A program made the position numbers and the translations under genes. A stretch of DNA of 63,947 bases, the filler included, from Reticulomyxa filosa (Eukaryota > Protista > Foraminifera), in the NCBI GenBank assembly GCA_000512085.1. It is 19 parts of 19 records of this genome, joined end to end, with 100 filler letters (N's around TTAATTAATTAA, not from the genome) between each part and the next. Parts side by side here need not be neighbours in the genome. Positions count along the whole stretch, not along the records: positions 1 to 17,698 come from ASPP01024396.1; 18 more parts are not named here. One strand, 5' to 3'. Shown here piece after piece: positions 1-11,778 of this stretch (position 1 is the first letter of the stretch; each line of letters opens with the position of its first letter). The notes beneath the pieces are model-generated. The model was not told the DNA's origin and did no database searches. It saw only the letters and a list, made by a program, of their open reading frames with translations.

Positions 1-101
1 ACATACACATATACATATTTATACATATGTATATATTATACAGTGTCTCCTTTTTTTTTTTTTTTTCTTTCTGTGATCCCTTCCCCCTTTTTGTAAACTA
101 G

Positions 102-1725
102 TGTCAACGGTTGTATTATTAATCAAATTGTTGTGACACTGAAGGACCGAGAGCAAACCAAAACACTCTTTCAAACAGTAATTTGGGCCAATGTAAGTGA
201 CATTGAGTATACGTTTCATTCCCCGATTGAAGCCTTCCAAAAATGCATCGGTAGACACACATTGCCCAATTTATATACATACGTACCTATTATATATACA
301 TATATAGATGTGCGTATAAATAACTGATGTATGTTTCTTTTTCGCTGTTGTTTATCAATTATTTTATTTGTTGCAAATAGAGAAATTTGGCGATATAGTG
401 ACAAAGACCAGTGAGGACAAAAAGGAAAACGAGATTGCAGAAAGTGAGGGAGAAGAGTCTGTAGAAAACTATTCCGACGATGAACAAGAAGACTATGAAG
501 AAGATGAAGACGATTATGAGGACGAAGAAGAGGACGAAGAAGAGGAAGAAGAAGAAGAAGAAGGTGAACCAGAGATACATAACAAAATATTGTTTCTCCT
601 CCTTTTTTTTTTTAGCTCTCGTGTTTGTTGATCTAGGGGAAAAGGAAAAAGAAAACGCGTTGCCAATAAAAAGCATTAAGATTGAAATTCAACGTCCGAG
701 CTGGTGGATTGAAGAGCCAGGAGAGGAAATGAAAACAAAGTATATCAAAGCCAATATGGAAAAAGACAAGGATGTATTGCGCGCAGTGTCGGAGTTTAAA
801 CAAACGATTGGTGAAACTGGTAATTATGAAATCGTCGACGTTTTCTATATTCAAAATGAAGCCCTTTGGAAGAATCATGAGCTCTTATACAGTTATGTTC
901 CCCTTTTTTTTTTGTTTTTTTTTACTGCGCTGTGTTGGAAATAGAACATTCTCTTCTTTTTCCTTCAATTGATATATACATACCGTATATATATGTATAT
1001 GTTTTTGTGTCATTTCGTTAATCGAAATCACAGACAAATGGCTCGAGACGGAGAGGATTTGCCAAGCAACCACAAATTTTCAATTTTTATGGCATGGTAT
1101 GCTGCTTTGAATATTTGTTGGCAAGTCTCCCGATACACATTTGTTTGCTTGCACATGTTGTCAATAGGGGCATCGTCTGAAAAAATAGATGCAATTACCA
1201 AAAAGGTAAATACTCTGTGAATGCATTGCGCTTTTATTTTATTTGAAGTCACACTTAGTTACACTGTAAAAAAAAAAAGGGATTTGATACCAGTTTTGTT
1301 TCGGGCTCTCACGGATTTGGAACTTATTTTACAAAAAATTGCAAGAATGCGCTTTCCTCGTTTGCTGCGTTTGATAACAAAGATGGATATGCGGAATTGC
1401 TATATTGCCGTGTCATTTGTGGAGAGAGTTGCCTGGGTCAGAAGAATTACTTGAGACCTCTTTGCAAAGAACATGTTGTTAGTCAAAAACAAGAATATGA
1501 AACAATGGTCGATGACAAACGAAATCCCAACATTTTTGTCGTTTGCAACCTAAACCAAAGTATGCTTGTAACAACACATATACTTACATTTTATTTATTT
1601 GTGAGAAAACATAACTTTTTTTTCCCCTCTACTCCATACAAAATGTATTTACGATAGGTTATCCATTGATGAAATTTATAATTAAAAAAGTTGAGAAAGA
1701 TTACTTCTCATTTTTATTTGCTTAA
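102..1725 (+). CDS. PARP-family (likely mono-ADP-ribosyltransferase) protein, multi-exon, 5'-partial
   Basis: Manual GT-AG splicing gives IQNEALWKNH..FLWHG/ASSEKIDAITKK/GFDTSF..HGFGTYF..LLYCRVICG..MVDDKRNPNIFVV..NQ/SYPLMKFII, the PARP catalytic signature (HG, GxYF). Ile replaces the catalytic Glu. An acidic D/E tract lies at 480-560. Confidence 0.8.
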
Positions 1726-3200
1726 ATGAGGGACTATAGTTCTTTTAGGAGGGTGGCTATTGTTATGCTTTTCAACTTGCGAATTTTTTTTTTGACAAAA
1801 ACGTCATTCTGTTAAAGTAAATTCTTTGCAAAAACAAAAAATTCCGAATAATGAGAAAATTTTTTATCCTCTTTTCATTTTGATCCAATTTTTATTCGAA
1901 AACGTACTTTAAAGCCAAATCTCAACTAACTTATACTTGTTGCTTAGGGGCATAATTTTCTAAATCTTCATGTGTACGTGCTGATCATTATCATATCTTT
2001 TTTTTGTTTTTGGAAACGTTACTCAAATATGTATTTGTAATAACACATTAGCACAAGCTGGCAAAAAAAAACTAGAATCACAATATGTGGTTGCCAAGAA
2101 CTTCTCATTTAAATATTATGAAAACATTTTTAGCATTCTATTTATTTGAGTGCTGACATTTAATGTAATAATGTTTTGTTACAATTATTCATGACACAAA
2201 TTTTCAATTTCTATTGAAAATGTTTGCTATTTTCTTATAAAAAGGTTTCCAGAACACAATATCGATAATAAACTCATTTGCAAAAGCCAATGTAATTTCT
2301 TTGCAGCGTTATCTTGAGTGTGACTGCAGCAACATATAGTTACAAAACTTATGATTAATCAACGTAAACAAGTTGAATTTTCGACATAGATATAAATTAT
2401 GAAGTTGTTGTCATATTGTCACATATCAACAAATATAAATTTTTTTTCAACAAAATATTACTCAAAACCAAAGAAAAATTTAAAAATGTGTATACTTCGT
2501 TTACTGTATCACATTTGTAGGGATACCTACGTCAGAACGACCATAATGACTCCAATATTATTTTGTCTTTAATTTATTTTAAACGTTACTTTTCTGTTCC
2601 AACAGCATTCATTTTTCCACTTCATATTTCTTCAGCATGCATTATTTAAATTTTAAAATTAAGCCTTGATGTTGAAAATTTGAATGTATAATGCATGAAT
2701 AAGTTATTTTATATTTTATTTACTTCAATTACAAATCAATTGAAATAAATCAAAATGAATGCATTGACACTACTACATACACAAAATAATTTTTAAAAAT
2801 TTTTATGCTGTTTTGTTTTTTAAAAAGCTAATTTAAAATGTGTGAAAATTAATATTGAAAGTAACATTTGATTTCTGGTAATACGCTAAATCCATACGTA
2901 AAAATATAGCATATTCACGCTTTCGCAAAATCAAGTTCAATGATATGAAATATAGAGTAGTATATTTTTTGGAATTTGTAAAAAAGCAGTTACATGATAA
3001 ACCAGTTTTTCAAAAACACTGCTAAAAGGATAAGCTAGTAGCATACTAAATGTTATGTGCTTGTTGTGCAAGTTTTAAGACAAAATTGAAATCAAATAAG
3101 CCAGATAACTCAAAAAGAAGAAACAAACAAACTCCAAAGTAGAGAGATCAAAGTTGGGAAAAAAAGTCAACAACAATAACAAAAAATCTATCAGACAATG

Positions 3201-4730
3201 TTATAGATGCATAGGAAAAACCAAAGCACTTCCATCGTCACTTCCTGACACCAACCATTTATCATCAAGAGAGATATCCAAGCTTTGAACAGTTTCCAAA
3301 TGTCCTCGAAAACGACGCGCGGAGGTGCCTATGCGAGCATCCCAGATGGAAATGATACCACTCATATCGCCAGTGGCGATCAAGGGTTGAGTATTGAACC
3401 ACCTGGCCACAATGACTCCGTTGTCATGAGGGCATTGACTTCGGATCATGCCATTCTTCTCGACATCGTAAATATTGAGCAGTCCATCGAGAGACGCGCT
3501 CAACAAATAGCGCGAGCTGAGCGTGTTATCGGAGCCAAACGCCACACATTCCACAGCGTCTTTGTGTTCAAAAATGCATTTAATGATACTCCCGGACTTG
3601 TAATTGAGCAAAATGATTTTATGATCGTCCCCACCCGTGGCAATGATAGGATGGTTATATTGATCATCGCACGTGGTAACAACCGACTGATGAAAGAGTT
3701 TCGATTTTGCGGAGAAGTGATGAATGGCTTTTCCAGTATTGCAATCCCAGAAGAACAATGACCCATCTTCGGACCCAGTGTAGCAATTTTTCCCCGATTT
3801 GGTGAACGCTCCGCAAATGACAGGGGCCAAATGTCCCCCAAACACTTGCAAAATCTTTGACTTTTGTTGTTTTTTTGGCTGCGTGTGGATTTGCCAAAGC
3901 CACACCGTGTTATCTCGCGCCCCACACAGCAGTAAAAGCCCTTTGGGATGCCAGTCGATCCATTCCACTTCCGCCCCGGGTCCTTCCAGTCGCTCGTACA
4001 GTTCGTTCTTATGATAGATTGATATGCTATTGTCCATCGACGCAACCGCAAAGTATTCGTGATTGTGCGACTTGCTGTATTGCACCGCCACAATGGTGTC
4101 TTTGTGATTTGCAAATTTATGTGTGTACTCTTTCAAATGTCCATTTTCTTCATTTTCTTTCCCTGTTGTTATTGTTGTTGTTGCATTTGGATTGGTTGCG
4201 ACATCATCATCCCCTTTAGTATTATTCTCTTGCGAAATTGCGTCGGTTGCTTCGCTTTTCATTTCGATGGGCTCTTCTTCTTCTGCTTCCTCTTGGTCTT
4301 CGTCCTCCTCCTTCTTCACTGGAATGGCCACTTCCCAAAGGTAGGCGCAATCGTCACCCCCTCCTGATAACACTTGCAAGTGTGTCGTGCTTGAAAATGC
4401 AGGATTGAATGCCACGCTGTATACTGGCTCGTCGTCGTGTCCGAGAAATGCGTGGATCGAGTCGTTTGTTATGTCGATCGACTCCATTTGCTTCTGCTCT
4501 TTGTCACCTCCGTCTCTTATCTTTGCGTTCTTGCCCATGGTGCCGTCCATGTCCACGTCAATATATTGCTCTTCCATGTCCACATCGTCGTCCCCCGCTA
4601 TTTCCAAGTTTTCCATCATCTGGTCAAAGTTCTTCGCTTCTACTTCTTGTGCTGGAGGATCTTCACTTATTTCTTCGTCCATTTCGTCGTGAGATTTCGC
4701 AGTTGTTATCTTTTCTGGATCTTCAGACAT
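3201..4730 (-). CDS. AAMP: WD40 protein, AAMP/Sqt1 (uL16 chaperone) family, intronless
   Basis: Acidic N-terminus followed by WD repeats with LEGPGAEVEWIDWHPKG..VWLW and LVSGSDDGSALVF, typical of Sqt1/AAMP. ATG at 4730. Confidence 0.8.
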   Translation of the reverse strand: MSEDPEKITTAKSHDEMDEEISEDPPAQEVEAKNFDQMMENLEIAGDDDVDMEEQYIDVDMDGTMGKNAKIRDGGDKEQKQMESIDITNDSIHAFLGHDDEPVYSVAFNPAFSSTTHLQVLSGGGDDCAYLWEVAIPVKKEEDEDQEEAEEEEPIEMKSEATDAISQENNTKGDDDVATNPNATTTITTGKENEENGHLKEYTHKFANHKDTIVAVQYSKSHNHEYFAVASMDNSISIYHKNELYERLEGPGAEVEWIDWHPKGLLLLCGARDNTVWLWQIHTQPKKQQKSKILQVFGGHLAPVICGAFTKSGKNCYTGSEDGSLFFWDCNTGKAIHHFSAKSKLFHQSVVTTCDDQYNHPIIATGGDDHKIILLNYKSGSIIKCIFEHKDAVECVAFGSDNTLSSRYLLSASLDGLLNIYDVEKNGMIRSQCPHDNGVIVARWFNTQPLIATGDMSGIISIWDARIGTSARRFRGHLETVQSLDISLDDKWLVSGSDDGSALVFPMHL

Positions 4731-5137
4731 TGTTTTCTTATTAATGAAGACACATAAAAATGTATATTTCAAAAAATCGAGGGGACACTCCTCGTACTGA
4801 ACGCGCGAACTTAATGCAAATCACACTATTTTAAATCCTTTTCCTTGATATTCTGCAAAAAAAAGCTTTTTTAAAACAATTCTATCAGCAAAGTCCTACG
4901 TTACAACATGTTCGAAACGTAACTGAAAAAAACTTGAGTACATTTGTCTGAGAAAAAAACAACTGTGTGACTGAAAACTTGGTCAACCAGAGTTTCTGGT
5001 TAAAAACATTGTGCATGAAAAAATTATTCCTCATAGTCAAACTTCATACGTCTAAAAGCTGTTGAAATGTTTTAACAACAAACATATAATTCAACACAAA
5101 GATAAATAGGATTGTTGGGCCAAGTTTGCTCATTACA

Positions 5138-6428
5138 ATGGACAAATCACAGAACGACATAATAGACACACAATTTCAGAAGAAATGCTCAAAATGGAAA
5201 CTGAACAAAACAGATTACAATGACATCTTGCATGCAAAAATGTCCGAACCTGATGTAAATATTTTCTCTGGGCGTATTTTTTTTAGTTATTACAAACGAT
5301 ATAAAGTTGCAATTAAAGAGTTGCACTTTGATAGCGCACAACAAAATGAAATTGTTAATATAAAAAAAGAGGTAAATACTTATTTTAATCATAAAACTAT
5401 ATCAAGAAACTATTACTACAAAGAAATAGTTCTCCCAAATACTTTGTATTTGATAATTTTGATGTGTATTTTTTGTAATATCGATTTTGTATTTTTAGAT
5501 AATGGTTCATACACATTTGTTAGACGCTAAGTGTAAAGTAATTAATTTTTTTGGCTACTATCAGTCAGATGAAATATTCGCTTCTGTCTTTCAATTCGCA
5601 GAAAATCGTGACTTACTGGAAGTGCTCAACGGAAAACATAAAATGAAACAAAAGTGGGTCCGGCATTGTGTCAAAGAACTGAAAGAAATAGCTACTAGTT
5701 AAAGAACTTTTTAAGTTTTCAAATGAAGCAAAATCAACATCTTTGTTGAAAGTATTTCATTTTATGATAATTTTGATGTTGTGATTAATAAATAATAATA
5801 AAAATCCAATACAATTATTTTATTTGAAAGCATTATGCTACATGCACAAGTTGAACTGGTCCCACAAAGACTTAACATTAGAAAATATATTGGTTGATAA
5901 ACACATGCACTTTTATTTACACGACTTTGGATTGTCTGAAATACTGACACCTGAAAAAAGACGCTCCGAGATATGGGCAGGCAAACCCGAGCACATGTCT
6001 CCAGAAAATTACAATGTAAGTGCAGGTCGAAGTACTGACTTTGATCCATTTGCCAACGATGTGTGGGGGTTTGGAATTATCTTATTATGTGTATTTTCTA
6101 ATTCATCTTATCTTTGGAGCGTTGCAGACTTTAAAAATCAAAAGGTAAATTTTTTTAATCCCCAAAAAGTTTACACTTAAAAAGTAATATTTTGCTTAAA
6201 AATCTCTAGTATTCCGCGGTCGTTAAGTGTTTAGAATTGGCCTTGAGTGAAGCTCTACAACACCAAACACGTCAACATAAAAGTATTGAAAAAAAGATGA
6301 AACAATTACTAAGTTTGTTACTTAGAATATTTGTTGAAGAAGACGTACGTCCAAAAATAACCGCGATCCGGGACAACCCTTTTTTTAAAATCAACAAAAA
6401 ATACCTTGTGTGTTGTGCTATTTCCTAA
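5138..6428 (+). CDS. Ser/Thr protein kinase, 4 exons, C-terminal CaaX
   Basis: VAIKE, HKDLTLENILV, DFGLS, GKPEHMSPE and NDVWGFG motifs. Three GT-AG introns splice in frame. Ends ..KKYLVCCAIS*. Confidence 0.85.
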
Positions 6429-6688
6429 ATAGCCACGATTTTGCTGACAAATCAATAAGTCAAAAATTTGGAAGCGTTTTGCTTTTGCAAAATTTTAAAA
6501 TTTAACAAAATGTACTTTTACAGACGCAAGACAAACCCTACTTGAAAGTTATTCCAGGGAACTTAGGAACTACTAATCACTAACCGTTTCGCATACCTTC
6601 GAACTTTGTGTTCGTATTTTTCGTAACCTAATTTCTATTCTATTATATTTGCCGGAACATACAATTTTGATTTTTGTGCCATTAAATA

Positions 6689-6850
6689 TCACGATGCAAA
6701 ATTTCATCCCCGCCAGAGCACAAATATTCAGCTTGGATTGGAGGGAGTATTTTGAGTTGTCTGAGTCCTTTTCAAAAAATGTGGATACCGAAAAGTGCTT
6801 ATGATGAAATTGGACCTTCTATTGCTCATCGAAAATATAACTTTCAGTAA
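6689..6850 (+). pseudogene. Actin C-terminal relic
   Basis: Translates [18 protein letters not shown](REY)[32 protein letters not shown], matching actin [42 protein letters not shown]. An in-frame TAA lies just upstream and no intact 5' part is visible. Confidence 0.8.
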
Positions 6851-6945
6851 TAATTTTTTTTGTTTCCTCATTTTTTTAGAGGCAATTTTGTTGTAAAAAG
6901 CAACAATTTTTTTAAACACGATATTTCTAATAAAATTGATTAAGT

Positions 6946-9900
6946 TTACAAATGAGCTAGCGTACCTTTCAGACAGTGATGAAAATCTCTAAATATTCTG
7001 TTGTTGAATAAATATTGTTGACTAAATAATCCAGCAATTTTATCGGCATGCTTGACAACATGTGGTACTTTAATAGGACCAGGCCAATTTGGATAAAGAC
7101 AGCACAGCGCATAAGTCAAAGCCCCTAAATCATTAACTCCACTTGCGTCAGGATTTCCTAAGTCTAGTCCATCTTCGGCAACAATACAACGAATAGGTCT
7201 TGCGCATTTATCTTTGGGAGCGTTGGAAGTGACCAAGTAAAAATCCCACATGGATGGAGAGACAATTTCCCCAGGTTCATCAATCACCATTCTAGGGCGT
7301 GCGACACAATACGACCATCGTTCGCTTGTTCAAAAAATCGAGCGTTTACTTGTTTTTGAATAATGATAATTTCCAACTTTGGCAAGGGTCTATCGTGATA
7401 TTTTTTCTCAAATGCATACTCTGCAGCGCGTTGTTCTTCTTGTTTCACAAATGCCATTTGTGAAGTTGAAACACCATCTCTATACTCACGCATGCACAAA
7501 CATACATATGCATGTATACACATGTATATAATATATGTATATTTGTATATATGTACATATATATAACCGGTAATAAATAATTTGATCGGGCAAAGCGCCG
7601 TTAATAGATTTGAAATAATTTAAAGCACAAGTTACCATTGAACAAAATGTGTCCAAAGCAAGCACTTCTTTTCCGTGTTCTTGCACCGAAACTTGTGAAT
7701 AAACGCTGACAAAATCGCGATCATAGGTGGACACAAATCCAATGACACTCGCCCCAGCTCCAATGTCATGACACACATCGACGCCAATGATCATAGTTTT
7801 TTTGTCCAAGTTAATGATGCCATCAGGCAAATAAGAAAATAGCGAAGGTGGTGGTTGTTCCAAATTTGCTGGTAGTTGCGGTCTTTGCTGTGGAGCAGAC
7901 AATATTACTTTCCACGGCATCAATCCGATTTTGGTCAACAGTTGTCGAAAGGACCCTTCGGCGGTATGGCGAAATGAACGGTCTTCCATCAAATTGCCCA
8001 TTTGAATACACTGCGAGATCACACCCAGCTTGCAATTACACAAATGTTTAATACGTGCGTACATTTCATTGCTACGATGTGATCCGGATTGCAACAAGTA
8101 CGAATTAGCGCGAAGTGCAACTGGTAACACAACTACCACAGCTTTTTTTTTTTTTTTTGGTTAAGTTGTGGTCTTTTCACATTAAGAGTTCGTGATGTTG
8201 ATTACATCATAAAAAGGGAAAAACAGATTCCAAACCATTGATATCGCAAGCCTCTCTTTGCAACTCATTTTCCAAAGTTTTGAGTGTGTCATCGAAATTG
8301 TAATCCCGTTGTTGAAAAGGGATGGGAATATTGAGAGGATCCAATTCCAAAGCAGTTTCGATACAAGGTTTCAAATGTCCATGACTGCTATAAAACATGT
8401 GTTGGATTTTTAGTTGGAACTCGCGTACTAAATCGCTGACAGCGCGGGGTCTGTCGTCCCCCTCCTGATCGCAAAAGTACACTATCCCCCCATCGGACGA
8501 GATAAGGCTTTTGATCTCCAATCATACCATAGGGTTGCGATTGACTCAAGGCGTGACTCCAATCGTCTTCATTCACAATATCGATCTCCAGACGTGATGT
8601 ATTCCCTTGCAATTTACAAATGGCAACATTGGCAGAAGGCAGCTGCCGAGATTCGACCGTGACAGGCTCTGTAAAATATTCGATGCTCTTCCATTCATTA
8701 TTTCGTCTTTCTCTGTTTTGTTCGCTTCCATCCGCCAAACCGCGTATCAACTCGGTCATATTGTCAACGCGGTCTGACACGGGTATTGAAGCGTGTTTCG
8801 CGACCTCCTTACGCAAGCGTGAATTCTTTTGCTCCTTGCGCGGATATCCCGTTAACCGACACATTTCCGGAGGAAAGTGGAGTGACTTTTGCTCTCGTCG
8901 CAAGTACTTCTCTAACATGGGTAAATCTCTCCTATTAAGTGGCCAGTTATATATGTCAGAAAAGTAGTCCCGGTATGATATCTTTTCGCCCTGCTTGTCA
9001 AATGTGGAGTCAATCGTTTTGGACCAATCCACGCCATGGATGCACTCAATCCGTTGAGTATGCAGCAGTAGTACGTACCGATTTTCCAGTTCCTCGTTAC
9101 ACCGTTTTTCAAATGCTTCGTTATAACCGCCATACTCTTCGAGCCACTTTTTTTACGGTCATATGTTTATATAAATAAATAAATAAATAAATAAATTTAT
9201 TTATTTATTTATATAAACACAACACAAACTTGGTTCATCGACTCTGCCACGGTGCAGGTGGATAATAAGCGCACTCGGTCTCGAACAAACAGGAGTGGCC
9301 CCATTCCGGTGATTTCAAACGACGTGTCAAATCCTCGCAATAACATCAAATCGTCAGACATTCTTCTCCCGTGTTCTGGATTTGTGTCTACAAAGAAATT
9401 GCGACCACAACGGTCAGAACTTTTTTTTTTTTTTTTAATAGTTTATTTGCTCATTTGTTCATTTATTTCCCCCCTTTGCAAAGCCTTTTTTTTTTTTCTA
9501 AGCACAATTCAGAGCGAGCATATTCGATCTGTGTTTGATGTAAGCAATGTGCAGGATCTCTTGCTGCGAAGCATTATTTTCTTCCTCGTTGTCATTGTCT
9601 ACATTGGGGAAATTAACTCTGCCTTGGCATTTGATTCGGACGCTGCGTTCCTCACTATGATCAGACGTAGAATACTTAAACACTTCCTCTCCGTCCACAT
9701 TATTTGGAGAGTATAACACTGAATTGTCAAAATCGAAGTTTCCATATTTTTTTTGGATCTTTTTTCTCAAACTTTTTTTGTTTGTTTTATTTCGAACAGT
9801 CATTTATGACAAATATCTCTTTCATTTTTAATTACTTAACAATCCCTTAATTACATCTGCTCGTTGCTTGTGATTATCTAATGGAATTTCTTCATCTTCT

Positions 9901-10124
9901 GGGCGGTCACTATCTCCAAAGTGTACCATATAGCGGTAGACTGTGGCTGACGATCCCACTCTCACCCGAACCGCATTTACAATCAACCGGAACCTATGTT
10001 CTTTTTTTTATTTTGTCTAACATAAACTAGTCTTTGTTCACTATTTTTATTTTCTCAAACCATTAGGATGGATTTGTCTAAGGGGACGCGTAGGCATGAG
10101 CTCTTCTGTTGAGTTATTACTCAT
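6946..10124 (-). CDS. PIWI-clade Argonaute (N, L1, PAZ, MID, PIWI), 7 exons, with frame disruptions (possible pseudogene or sequencing errors)
   Basis: Introns 10001-10060, 9772-9840, 9420-9505, 9147-9229, 8142-8235, 7480-7567. Motifs FRLIVN..VYRYMVHF, GRNFF, VDWSKTIDSTF..SYRDYF, PPEMCRLTG, YARIK..SQCI, MIIGVDVCH, IIYYR/DGVS, NWPGPIKVP..HADKIA. Confidence 0.9.
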
Positions 10125-10570
10125 TTTCGTTTCTTTTTTTAATAAAAAATAATAAATAGGGAGTGAAGAACTACCAAAAAAAGAGTGGCACTGTCTCTTA
10201 GTGTGCTCGTTTGATTTCAATTTTTTAATTTTTTGTTTGTGTGTGCAAATAGTGAAAATTTGTGATAAATAGTTTAAAATCGATTGGAGCAAATGTATGA
10301 TATTCCATGCACAACAAAAATATTAAAAAAATACGTTCAGCACAAAATATTTATTAAAAAAACTCGTCAATTAAAGTAAATATGATGAAAGAATATGTAT
10401 GAACTGTAACAAATTTAGTGTATTTTATTTTGAATTTTGGAATTTTTGAGTAGTGTAGTAGCTGTGCTTTCTTGTCTTAAATTTTTCTGAATTTTTTTTG
10501 GTCCTTGATTTTTGTTTAATTGCGCACTATGATTATATTTTGTTATGTTGTGTTGTATTGTATCAAACAT

Positions 10571-11778
10571 TAACATTTCTTTAAAAAAAACTTTGCAATG
10601 GCGTCAATTTGCATTAGATTGATATTCCTCCTTTTATGGCTGTTTTTCTATTTTATTTTTATTTATATTTTTTTATATAAAGAAAAAAAGAAATAAAGAT
10701 AGTATTATAAAACTTCACGATGAAGAGTTTTAAATGTAGTCCATCCTTGTCCATATGAATTATGTCTGAGATCAATATCCAATCTCTTTGACGCAAGAAA
10801 TCGTAGCCATTGCTATTGTTATAAAATAAATAATATGATGTAACAAAAAGATATAATAATAAATATATACACTTAACAATAGTAGTGTGATTTAAACCAT
10901 TTGATGTAAAAGCAGATTGCCAAGTAGATATTCCTAAGTGCAAAAGCATAAGACGATAATAAGAAGTAAAAGAATCAGCAATAAAATTCCAATTATATGA
11001 TAAATCTTGAAACCAAATACTTGATTTAGATAAATCTATATTTTACAAAAAATAAATAAATAAATAAATATATACATATATATTTATTTATTAACCATTT
11101 TCAAACATTAAAACCACTTTTCCATTATTACACATTGAATCAATATCAAATCCAATTGGAAATTTACTTTTTTCTCTTATTATTGATTTTTCATTTTGAT
11201 AATTTAAAATAATTTCAACAGTTTCAATAGGTTTAACTTGGGACAATGATGATAAATGCATACAACCCAAAGGTAATATTTCACCTAATTTAAATATATA
11301 TATATAATATTTTATATTATACACTCCATTTTTTATGTAAATTCACAAACCATCATATTTCATTTGCCATTGAAGTAAAAATCCATTAGATATTCTTAAA
11401 AATGACTTATAATCTTCTGGTAATTTACATGGTTGATACTTCTTCATTTTTTTGTTAAATACAAAATATAATTAAATTAAAAAATTTACATTTATTTAAT
11501 CAGAAAATTATCAACTGTTTCCCATTGATATATTTGTTCTTCTGATATTCCTTCTCTTTCAAAAAATTTAACATCTGTTACCCCACGATGCTTTTCTTTT
11601 GTATAAAAAAAAATTTTATCATATATTTTATATTGTAATTAAAAATAAATATACCTAAAAAACTGATAATATCCATTGATATGTCATCAAAGATTTGTCG
11701 AACGTGCTTTTTATTTGTTTTTTTGTTTGCAAAATTCCAATTCGTACAAGTATTTGATAAATTATTTTCTTCATTCAT
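10571..11778 (-). CDS. TPGS2: Tubulin polyglutamylase complex subunit 2-like (SMI1/KNR4 fold), multi-exon, 3' end approximate
   Basis: Exons read LPEDYKSFLRISNGFLLQW, PLGCMHLSSLSQV and IWFQDLSYNWNFIADSFTSYYRLMLLHLGISTWQSAFT. Confidence 0.7.
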
